A DNA stretch of 64,000 nt from Pachysolen tannophilus NRRL Y-2460 (lineage: Eukaryota): the NCBI GenBank assembly GCA_001661245.1, contig KV454015.1, positions 1 to 64,000 on the forward strand, in the 5' to 3' direction. Of the stretch, positions 54,814-64,000 are shown piece after piece. The position numbers and the translations under genes are program-made. Position 1 is the stretch's first letter, and each line of letters opens with the position of its first letter. A model generated the notes under the pieces. It ran no database searches. It was given only the letters and a program-made list of their open reading frames with translations, and was not told where the DNA came from.

Positions 54814-57063
54814 CTACTCATCTAAATCTTTAGTAAAAGTTTTAATGAATTGAAACGTTTCACTCATCAACGCAACAACTCCATTATTACCTTTTTCTTC
54901 CTCAGTGCCCTTGGTTTTCTTAATAACATTTTTATCATCAGAGAAATAGGCATCTACCTCATTTTCAACTTTAGAAAAACCTTCATCGTAAATTACATTC
55001 CTCAAAGCCAAAATTAATTGAGGAGAGAATTCATTGTACCATCTATGATTCCAAACAGACAATTTAACACAAACATTTAATAATTTTAAATCTATGTCTT
55101 GTATTGATCTTCTAATAAATTCAGGTGTTAATTTAGAATTTTTTTCTTGTGAAGATTGTTCATAATTTTTTAATTTCAGTTTTTCTGCTTGATAATAAGC
55201 TAATACTTTTCTTGAACTTCTAATTGAAAATCTACCAGCTAAAGCTTTTTCAAAAGCGGATGCAGCTTCTTTAAAATTTCTTAGTCTATAGGCAACTAAA
55301 CCTAATAATTCCCATTCTAATGATGTTTTCTCATAAGACATTTGTTGTGCTTGAAAATGTACTTGTTCCGCTTGCCACATTGTATATTGTCTTAAATCTT
55401 CATATAATAACATAAACAAATTATCCAACCATCTTTCACATAATCTTTTTTTCTTAAATTCTTCAATAATCTGTTCACTATTGCTTGCATTTTTACTCTG
55501 TCCGCCAGAATTAACAGATTTTAATGATTGAGTTGTACCATTTGTTACTGAAGTTGATAATGGATGTTGTGATCCTGAAATATCCAACTTACTATTTGTT
55601 GCATCTTTCTTATATTCATCTTCCATAACGAAAACTTTTGCTCTATATCTTAATAAACTTTCCCAGCCAGTTTTATGAACTATTTGAGTTAATAATTCAT
55701 AACTTTTAGAAAAAGTTGTTTTCAAATTATTTGCAGGTAAATTAACTAAAGCAGGATCAACTTGTTTTTGTTCAGCAATAACTTCTTCAGCGTGTAATGT
55801 TGAAACTTCATCTAAAGTGACATCCATTGGTAAAGGTAAATGTAAAGCATTTGGATTTTTAATATTTGTACATCTTCTTAAATGGAATTTTTCCTTATGA
55901 GTAACCATTGGACAAGAATTTAAAGTTAACAAGGCATTTTCAATGTCATTGTTTGCAATATATGTTTTCACCAAGATTGACCAAGGTAAAAATTCTGATG
56001 GAGCAGATCTAACAGCACGCATTGCTGCAACTAATGCATAATCCAATACATTTTTATCAAGACAATATTTTGCTTGTAAAGTTAATAAACTTGCATCTCT
56101 TGGATTTAATTTAATACCATCATGCATTAATTGGACCAGCTTTACTTCTTCATCTTTCATTAATAAGACTTGAACAATTAAGCTTATAACGCTTGGATCT
56201 TTTAAATGTAATTCTTCCAAGATTTTCATAGCATAATCATATTCATTAGTTAATTCCAAGACTTTTAAAAAACAATCAACAAGATAATTATTTGTATTAG
56301 TTGTTAATTGAATAGTTTCATTTGATCCTAATTTATAACCATCAAAGAATAAAGTTTTAAAAGCATCTAAAAAATATCTAACATCTTCAATTGTTTTAAA
56401 ATAATTAATTTTTCTAGTTTCTACCAATTGACCAGTAAAATCTTCTTCTTCATCATCATAAGTCAATATACATCTAACTAAACTTGTTAAATAAGTTTCC
56501 AACCATAATCTATCATTATCTGCAGAATAAGTATCACCATTTATATCTACAAATGATGATTCAATTCTCCCCGGTATATGAACTGTTACTCTAGTATCCA
56601 TCTTACTAAAAGCATTAAATGCACAATATGTAGATTGAATAACATTAAAATGTTTATGCTTACCATACCACAATTGTGGTTGGAAATTAATTACTTGAGC
56701 AATTCCTTGTAAATGAACAGCAACTTGTGCAGCATTTGAAACATCAACTCCAGTATAATATAAAAAAGTTGTAACTTTTTTCTCCGGATTAGACGCTGAT
56801 ACTTTACATAATTGTAAAAGATCTGGTGGTCCTAAATCTTGAATATTAGCCAACCGGGTAGTTCTTTGTTCAATCGATTGGTTTGGATACTCTTCAACTA
56901 CTCTATATTAAATCAATACCATAAAAGAAAAAGAAAAAAAAAAAGCAATGAAAGTTAGTATTTTCCTCTCGTATAAAAATATAAAAATATAAAAAGTACC
57001 AAGAATTATTTCTTATTATCAAATTACGTACTCTGGAATAGATCCTTGAGTTGTTGGAAGCAT
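54814..57063 (-). CDS. BCH1: Exomer cargo adaptor (ChAP family, Bch1/Bud7), 2 exons
   Basis: Exon 1 57063-57032 (MLPTTQGSIPE); intron 57031-56903 (GTACGT..TACTAAC..TAG); exon 2 in frame to 'QDLGPPDL', 'ALLTLNSCPM', 'KRLCERWLDNLFMLLYEDL'. Adjacent to TAF9. Confidence 0.93.
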
Positions 57064-57597
57064 TTCTCAGTATTAATATTATAACTCAAAGAAACAATTC
57101 CAAAAAAAAAAAAAAAAAAACAACAACAAATACAATTTACTCCTAATACCAAAAACTTTTATCTAATTGAATTGATGTTGATTTTTAATCCAATTTGTTA
57201 ATTTTACCTTGACCTGAAATAGTTTACTTTTGGTTTAACTTTTACTTATGGTTACTGGTAGTATTTATTTTATTAATATATAAGCTTAAGGAACACAAAA
57301 TTTTATCATAATTTCCTAAACCGGAAACTCAAAACCGAAATAGGCAAAACAAAATAAGCTACGACTTCTTCATTAGGAAGTACTATACACAAATTAAGAA
57401 AGAGTTACTATTTTGGGAAAGAAAGCTATATAAAAAAGACGGAAAAGAAGACGGAAATTTGTGGGTGGTGACCAAAGCAACAGTACTTATTTATTATCTT
57501 CAGTTCTATCTTTGAGAGAGATTAAAGAAGTTGTGTTATCTTCACTTATCATCTTTCATTTCTTCGTCCTAATATGATAATTTGATTTGTTAGTATG

Positions 57598-58188
57598 CTA
57601 TCTTCTTTGTTTTTTTTTTTGGTTGTTTATTTGTGTACTTACATCACTATATTCTTCATCTTTTAAAGACCAATCTTTAGCTGTAAAACAATATTTTTCA
57701 GGAGGTAATCTTAAACCCCAAGTTGGGATAACTGCTGGCAACGGTTTCTTATTTCTTTCCTGAGCTAGCTCGAGTAAAAGTTCCTTTGGTGGTGTTGGTT
57801 TAAATTGATAATTTGTTCTTGCAGCAATGGCCAATCTAATATCATCTGTTGTAAGTGAAGATCCAGAATTGTTGCTATTACTTGTACTGTTATTTGCCAG
57901 ACGTGAATGGTCATTATATAATATGGCATCTTTTAACACTCCTGAAGTGTACCTATAAGCAAAATCCATCAACTGTAGAGGAACATGGTCTTGATAGCTA
58001 GAAATACCTTGAGTTGCAAATATCAAATGAAGTAATCTTACATCTCTTGGAACATCGTTATTGACATTATTGCTGTTGATACCAGCACCTGAACTGGGAC
58101 CTGAACTGGGACCTGAACTGGGACCTGAATTAGGAACTGAACTCGAACCATTCTGATTACTAGGCACAGGTGGCTGTTCTGCCGTCAT
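57598..58188 (-). CDS. TAF9: TFIID/SAGA subunit Taf9
   Basis: 'PRDVRLLHLIFA', 'QLMDFAYRYT', 'LAQERNKKPLP', 'LRLPPEKYC'. A 12-bp repeat (SGPS)x3 lies at about 58087-58129. Confidence 0.96.
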   Translation of the reverse strand: MTAEQPPVPSNQNGSSSVPNSGPSSGPSSGPSSGAGINSNNVNNDVPRDVRLLHLIFATQGISSYQDHVPLQLMDFAYRYTSGVLKDAILYNDHSRLANNSTSNSNNSGSSLTTDDIRLAIAARTNYQFKPTPPKELLLELAQERNKKPLPAVIPTWGLRLPPEKYCFTAKDWSLKDEEYSDVSTQINNQKKKQRR

Positions 58189-58358
58189 TAGATCAATAAA
58201 TTGATTGTTTTATTTAATTGATTAAATATTGTTCAATTTAATTAAAAAGTTGAATTTTTTTTAAATTTTTAATTTTTTATATTTTTTTGTATATATAATT
58301 TTCTATTTTTCAATCAAGTCTATAAAGAATAAATACAATTCAAAAAAAGATAACCCAA

Positions 58359-59065
58359 ATGTCAAATAAAGTTATCTATTTTAACAGGTTCCCTGTGACT
58401 AATCAAGTGAGTACTGCTTTCTAAAAAGAAAAAATTGATTTATTTTTATTATCACAGAGGAGGTTTTAAACTAACATCTTTTTACAAAAATATAGGTTTT
58501 TTATGTAAGTGATTTAATAGTACTACTATTACTATTTTATTCATTATTCTTTTATTGAATAATACTAATTTTTTTCAATAATATCAAGAGATCAAAATAT
58601 ACTTATGCTTTGGTGAATTTAAAACCAATTGTTGCAGGTCATGTTTTAATTGTTCCATATAGAGTAGTACCAAGATTAAAAGATTTAACTAAAGAAGAAA
58701 ATCAAGATTATTTTGAAACTTTACAAAAAATTCATCGATTTATAGAATATCTTTATAAAGCAGATTCTTTAAATATTTCTATTCAAGATGGTGCTGCTGC
58801 AGGTCAGTCTGTTCCTCATTTACATACACATATCTTACCTAGATATTTCACAGATGGATATGGTGATGCAATTTATGATAAATTACAACAAAATGGTGAA
58901 AATTTAAACCAAATGTATCAAGAACAACAACAACAACAACAACAGGTACCAACTAAAAAATTGACAGTTCCTGAAGAGAGAATACCTAGAACCATGGAGG
59001 AAATGCAAGTGGAAGCTAAATGGTTAGCAAATGAATTGGAAAAATTTCATTTAGAAAATTGGTGA
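58359..59065 (+). CDS. HNT2: Dinucleoside triphosphate hydrolase (Fhit/HIT family), 3 exons
   Basis: Exons 58359-58406, 58496-58504 and 58589-59065 give 'MSNKVIYFNRFPVTNQ-VFY-RSKYTYALVNLKPIVAGHVL'. HIT motif 'AGQSVPHLHTHILPR'. Confidence 0.92.
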
Positions 59066-59210
59066 CAAATACCACCATAGCTACTACTACTACTAATAGC
59101 GATTAATTTTTTTTAATCACTTGATTTCATTTATTTTATATATTTTATATATTTACAGGAATAAGAAAAAAAAAAGAGAGAAAAATTATACGTTTATAAT
59201 TATATTTTTT

Positions 59211-59741
59211 CTAAGCTTCACCATGCTCTTTTAACCATTTTTCTTTTAATTCTCTTTGTTTAATGGTTTCTTCAAACCTCTTATTAGCTAAAAATGCCCT
59301 TCTCTTTCTTTCACCTCCATTCTTCTTTGTTCCCCTTGCAATATACCTTAAAGGCTCACCTTTCCTAAATTTTTCTCTCCATGATAAAAGATATTTTCTT
59401 AATCTAGCATCAGCAACACCTTTCTCTTTTAATTGTTTTGAACTTAAAGTGAAAAGTTGATCCCAATTTTCAAATATTTCAACATGTTCCTCGGCATTTC
59501 TTCCAATCTTGGCTAAAAAAGTTTTCACATCAGGAACTGTCGATGTTGGTTTAGGAATTTTTTCTATTTTTGATCCATCAATCAACTGTGTATAGCTTCT
59601 TATATATCTCGTTGGCCCCATCAACCTCGTTGGCGCCGTTGACGCCGTTGACCCCATTAACTGAAAAGCCTTGACCAGCCATATACTTTTTTTACTGGAG
59701 GGAAAATACCCCTTATACAAATACCGCAATTGATTAAACAT
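59211..59741 (-). CDS. FYV4: Mitochondrial small ribosomal subunit protein mS41 (IGR-motif)
   Basis: 'IPKPT..VPDVKTFLAKIGRN', 'LKEKGV..RLRKYLL', 'GGERKR'; presequence-like N-terminus from ATG 59741; divergent from MED6. Confidence 0.88.
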   Translation of the reverse strand: MFNQLRYLYKGYFPSSKKSIWLVKAFQLMGSTASTAPTRLMGPTRYIRSYTQLIDGSKIEKIPKPTSTVPDVKTFLAKIGRNAEEHVEIFENWDQLFTLSSKQLKEKGVADARLRKYLLSWREKFRKGEPLRYIARGTKKNGGERKRRAFLANKRFEETIKQRELKEKWLKEHGEA

Positions 59742-59993
59742 TCCCAAGCAAACAAATGTTCCTTCCTCCTCTTCTTCACTCACTCAAGTTTTATCAAATA
59801 TAAAAATTATCAATTCTATTAAAATTATAGCTCTGACGGTGAAAGAATTTTTCAACTTCACCATAAAAAAAAAAATTTGACCCATAAAAAAACATCACAA
59901 AGTACAACACGACCATTTTGAACTTGTCTTTTTAAAAAAGAGTGAATTTGAGTAACTTGATTATAGGTTTTTTTGTTGTGGTGGTGTTTGAAT

Positions 59994-60665
59994 ATGTCTC
60001 AGGAAGGTCCGGTATTGTCTGAGTTGCAATGGAAGTCTCCAGAGTGGATACAAGCGTTTGGACTTCGAACAGATAATGTATTAGAATATTTTTCGCAATC
60101 GCCATTTTTTGATAGGACTTCAAATAATCAAGTGTTGAAGATGCAGAGTCAGTTTCAGTTGACACCCACTAATATTCAACAGGAGTTGGTTAAGATGAAA
60201 GGTATTGAGTTTGTGGTTGCGCATGTGAGGGAACCTGATTTTTGGGTTATAAGGAAACAGAAAAGAGAATCACCAGAAAATGTTACTCCAATAAATGATT
60301 ATTATATAATTGGTGCAAATATTTATATGGCACCTACAATACTGTCTATTGTGGAGTCCCGATTATTGAGTACTGTATTATCTTTAAGAGAATCTTTGAT
60401 AAAATTGAACAAATTACCTAAATTTACTCCTTCTACAGGTCATTTTTATAATTTTGATACTTCTACTAATGGTGGAACTACAAATTCTTTGAATAATAAT
60501 AAAAATGAATTAGGTTCGACTTCAAGTAGGTTGAAACCGAAGGTAAAAAACTCTACAACTCCAGGTAATACAGCAATTTCAACTACAACACAAACAAATA
60601 CTAGTGTAAGTTCTTCGACATTTGATGCTTTGTTGAACGTGACCATTAAACAACAAAATAGATGA
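59994..60665 (+). CDS. MED6: Mediator subunit Med6
   Basis: 'LQWKSPEWIQAFGLRTDNVLEYFSQSPFFDRTSNNQVLKMQ', 'FWVIRKQ'. First ATG is at 59994. Confidence 0.95.
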   Translation: MSQEGPVLSELQWKSPEWIQAFGLRTDNVLEYFSQSPFFDRTSNNQVLKMQSQFQLTPTNIQQELVKMKGIEFVVAHVREPDFWVIRKQKRESPENVTPINDYYIIGANIYMAPTILSIVESRLLSTVLSLRESLIKLNKLPKFTPSTGHFYNFDTSTNGGTTNSLNNNKNELGSTSSRLKPKVKNSTTPGNTAISTTTQTNTSVSSSTFDALLNVTIKQQNR

Positions 60666-60711
60666 CTATATATATATATATATATATATAAATATATTTA
60701 TGTTATCCTCA

Positions 60712-62349
60712 TTACTGTAAATCCCAAACTTCTTCAAATGTTGGTTTTCCTCGTGTCTCTGGAATGAATTTGTTGCATAAAACAAAATAAATAGCACAAA
60801 TAATGGTAAATATTAGGAAAACATAATCATGTAGAATTCGATCTTTTAAAATTGGGAATAAATAGGCAAGTAATAAAGTAGAAATCCAATTTAAAGTACC
60901 ACCAATGCTTTGAGCCAGACCAACACAGTCATGTCTTGTAAATTCACTAACTATTAAAAATGGAATTGCTCCTAATCCCATTGAATAACCAATTACAAAT
61001 ATGAGAACAAATGCAACACAAATTAAAGATTGATTTAAAACTAACCCAACAGTGATGAAAAAAGAAGAAACACCCATCATTACTATTGACAAAGATAACA
61101 ACGGTTTTCTACCAACCTTATCAATAAACCTACTAACTGTTAGACAACTGCAAAAATTGAATATTGAAATAATAAGGTTCACAAGTAAAACATTTTCTGG
61201 AAGTAAATTTGCAAGAATATTAACCCCATAAAAAGTTATTGAATTAATACCGGTAAGCTGACTTGCAGTCATACATATCATAACTGCTCGTAATTGTCCA
61301 CGAAAATTTGGTCTTGTTAAAAACTCTTTAATAGAAATGGAAACATATGGATCAACAGATAATCTTCTGGATTTTGTTGGAACCATACTCTGATCATCGT
61401 TCACAAAATCTATAGGATACTCATGGACGCTTTGTAGCAAAGGAGTTGATGCTTTTGAAGATCTATTAAGGTGCAATGATTTCCAGTGGCTTAAATCTTC
61501 GTGAATCTCATTTTCTGTATACCGCAAATAACTTAAAGTATAAAAAGCTTCATCATATTTACTCTTTAAGGTTAACCATTTTGGAGATTCACAAGTGGTG
61601 AAAAGAAGTAAAAAATTAGCCAGTCCTAGTATCATACTAAAACAGAAAATGTTCCTCCATTGCTGATTATTAGTATATTTGTAACTAATCAACTGTGAAA
61701 TAAGAATTCCAAATGCAACAGCAGCCTGGCTTAAAGAACCCAAGAACCCTCTATGATCTACAGGTGTAACTTCATTTATTAGCATTGGTGTTATAACCAA
61801 ATATGATCCCGCAGCTAAACCGGAAATAAACCTACCTAGATCCAATTCAAATAGGGTATTACTAGTCATCATAACATATCCACCAATACAATAGAACATA
61901 CTATAAATGAAACACACTTTCTTCCTTCCAAGCTTATTTGCCAAACTCCCTGCAACAGTGGAGCTCAACAATCCACCAAGACTGAAAATACATGTCGCAA
62001 TAGCATAATCCTCGCTTGTCATTGGTATACACTCTTTATAATTTCTTGATCCCCAAAATGAATCTTCATAAGTTGGTGCGCTCCCAGGAATCTTAACTTT
62101 ACACGTTATAACACGTTCAGACGAATTCAACTCAGATAAATGATAACCAAACTGAAATGTTCCTAAACATGCAATTAATGTTGTCCAAGCCAAATGGAAA
62201 GTAATCATAGAAATAGTCCTTGTCAGTTCCTCATTTATGATTTCAGCTCCATCCTCTGCTTCCGTTGAAGTTGAATGAATTTGAGATAGTGGTGTTGGTG
62301 TTGGTGTTGGCACTCGAGAAGCAGATTCGTTCTCCTTGAAGAACATCAT
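60712..62349 (-). CDS. Sugar porter family MFS transporter (Vps73/YBR241C-like)
   Basis: 'FQFGYHLSELN', 'LGRK', 'ESPKWL', 'QLTGINSITFYG', 'DKVGRKPLL', 'PETRGK'. Confidence 0.88.
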   Translation of the reverse strand: MMFFKENESASRVPTPTPTPLSQIHSTSTEAEDGAEIINEELTRTISMITFHLAWTTLIACLGTFQFGYHLSELNSSERVITCKVKIPGSAPTYEDSFWGSRNYKECIPMTSEDYAIATCIFSLGGLLSSTVAGSLANKLGRKKVCFIYSMFYCIGGYVMMTSNTLFELDLGRFISGLAAGSYLVITPMLINEVTPVDHRGFLGSLSQAAVAFGILISQLISYKYTNNQQWRNIFCFSMILGLANFLLLFTTCESPKWLTLKSKYDEAFYTLSYLRYTENEIHEDLSHWKSLHLNRSSKASTPLLQSVHEYPIDFVNDDQSMVPTKSRRLSVDPYVSISIKEFLTRPNFRGQLRAVMICMTASQLTGINSITFYGVNILANLLPENVLLVNLIISIFNFCSCLTVSRFIDKVGRKPLLSLSIVMMGVSSFFITVGLVLNQSLICVAFVLIFVIGYSMGLGAIPFLIVSEFTRHDCVGLAQSIGGTLNWISTLLLAYLFPILKDRILHDYVFLIFTIICAIYFVLCNKFIPETRGKPTFEEVWDLQ

Positions 62350-62843
62350 TGAAACAATTTTTTTAGGATAGCTGAAACAAAAACTTTGAAGAAAATTAAC
62401 CTATAGTTATTGATTTATATATTCATTCCTTATAAACTTACACTCCCTTCAGTCTCTTTCTCTCTTATTTTTTTTTTTTTTTCATACAGATCAACTATAA
62501 ACTCCTTTTTAATACTTTATTTTTGATTTCGGGCCCCCGATGCGACCCAAATCCAGTTGCTAGATTGCTGAAGGGTTGAAAAATCCAAAGTTTCAATAGG
62601 TACAGAATCGTGCATAAAGTTTCGGCTAAAATCTTCCATTAAGCGGTAGTAAAGATGAAAGATACAGATTGAGATCCAATTCAGATTATAAATATATAGC
62701 AAAGAGTTGAGCTACGTTGACCATGGAATAGACTAATAATATAGAAAATTACTATTATTATAATGCAAATGATAAAATCATATACGAAACAAGGGGGGAA
62801 AAAAATGAAAAATGAAGCAAGAACAAAAGAAAACTTTTTTAAA

Positions 62844-64000
62844 CTAAATAATCGGAGCAGCTGTTTCAGTGTATTCTACACCATCACCGGTCACATTATA
62901 TTTTTTATTCACATAGTCGTCAATATCCACAACGTCATTTGGAACTTTAAAGAACTTGTTTTTCCAGAATCCGTCAGAATCCAATATTTCTTTGTTAACC
63001 AATTTGTAGTGACCCAATTTTGGTAAAACCAAGGCCCAAATGACCCAATAAACGAATCCTACAAAGAAAACACCCCAAGCAGCAACACAGTGGGTCCAGT
63101 ATGGCATACTAGTGTATACTGATTGTCCGTCATCAGGTGGAATATATGGAGCAATCACCAAGTATAATGATGCTAATGCGAAAAAAAAGGTAACGATAAT
63201 TGGTGATCTGATTGGTGGTTTCCATTCTATTTCTCCTCTATGAGCTCTGAAATGCAACCATAATAAACCTATAGCCACAAAGAAATTAATAATATTTAAT
63301 GGATATGAAATCAAGTTTAAAACAAAATTATAAGCATCTCCCAGGGGTGGTGCTACAATAGTGATAACACAAATTAACCAATGTTCGAATAATCCCACAA
63401 ATGGTGAATTAAATGGTCTTTGAGTAGCAAAAAGTTTGGAAAATGGTAAAACACCTTCACGACCCAATTGTTGAACAATTCTACCTTGTGAAAAGATAAC
63501 AGACATGACATTACCTAAGGCTGAAAGAGCAACAAATACAGAAATAGCCTTTTGAGCTTTTGTTCCAAAAGCAATTTTGAAAAAATCTGCAGCTATAATT
63601 TGACCCGAAGATGAAATAACATCTTTTGGTATAACTGCAAAATAAGCAATGTTAACAAACATATAAATAATTGATATAACAACTAATGCAGCAGGAGCAG
63701 AGTATTTTAAAGCTCTAACAGGGTCTTTAACTTCACTTAAAGAATAATTAACATTTGAGTATCCAATATAAGACCAAATAACGTTATATAATGCTGTGAC
63801 AATACCATAGCCAGTTGGTTTAGAACCAGAAAATGCATCAGAGAAATTGTGAGTCGGTTCATAAGTACCAGTCTTAAGACCTCCACCTAAGGCGACCCAT
63901 CCAGTTACAGAAATAACAATAATAACGGCAACTTTGAAAACACCCAATAAATTTTGTAAATACATTCCAGCTGTTACATTGACTCCATGAACCAAAAATG
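62844..64000 (-). CDS. MUP1: High-affinity methionine permease (LAT/APC family), 5' part outside the window
   Basis: 'ALYNVIWSYIGYSN', 'LSEVKDP', 'GNVMSVIFSQGR', 'LGREGVLPFS', 'GDAYNFVLNLISYP'. Confidence 0.88.
   Translation of the reverse strand, partial: FLVHGVNVTAGMYLQNLLGVFKVAVIIVISVTGWVALGGGLKTGTYEPTHNFSDAFSGSKPTGYGIVTALYNVIWSYIGYSNVNYSLSEVKDPVRALKYSAPAALVVISIIYMFVNIAYFAVIPKDVISSSGQIIAADFFKIAFGTKAQKAISVFVALSALGNVMSVIFSQGRIVQQLGREGVLPFSKLFATQRPFNSPFVGLFEHWLICVITIVAPPLGDAYNFVLNLISYPLNIINFFVAIGLLWLHFRAHRGEIEWKPPIRSPIIVTFFFALASLYLVIAPYIPPDDGQSVYTSMPYWTHCVAAWGVFFVGFVYWVIWALVLPKLGHYKLVNKEILDSDGFWKNKFFKVPNDVVDIDDYVNKKYNVTGDGVEYTETAAPII

Noticed and set aside
54027..54833. Three ORFs of 233-260 aa spanning the gap
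   Set aside because: Artefacts of translating N runs and flanking poly-A/poly-T.
62520..62600. GC-richer patch resembling a tRNA or ncRNA
   Set aside because: No GTTCGA/B-box or cloverleaf; more likely promoter sequence of the sugar porter.

Overview
AT-rich, gene-dense chromosome end of a Saccharomycotina budding yeast. The window opens with a homogeneous 9-bp telomere array (CCACTCACA)n, G-strand TGTGAGTGG, at 1-278. About 31 protein genes follow. Those I recognise are SEO1-like, TDG/MUG glycosylase, DDL1, SFM1, UBA3, RAD52, NDC1, AHC1, RCF1, GUK1, WWM1, CDC4, NHX1, SEC16, USA1-like, MSS51, ARL3, TSA1, an ER cyclophilin, BCH1/BUD7, TAF9, HNT2, FYV4, MED6, a VPS73-like sugar porter and a partial MUP1. 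There are also two Zn2Cys6 factors, a secreted wall protein and two orphan ORFs. Main points: (1) In-frame CTG codons sit at positions where homologues, as I recall them, have Ala. This points to the CUG-Ala genetic code (Pachysolen/Nakazawaea/Peterozyma clade), so the supplied ORF translations are probably wrong at CTG. (2) A telomere-adjacent trio of 2OG-Fe(II) oxygenase, Seo1-type permease and two-Cys Asp/Glu racemase-family gene has paired Met31/Met32 sites in its divergent promoter. It is a candidate uncharacterised sulfur-scavenging cluster, possibly extending to an AAAP permease with Cbf1/Met31-type sites. (3) Six spliceosomal introns were missed by the ORF track, including two that flank a 9-nt microexon in HNT2. 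There is a 550-nt N gap. I found no tRNA, rRNA, transposon or CRISPR. Gene calls rest on recalled motifs, not database searches.
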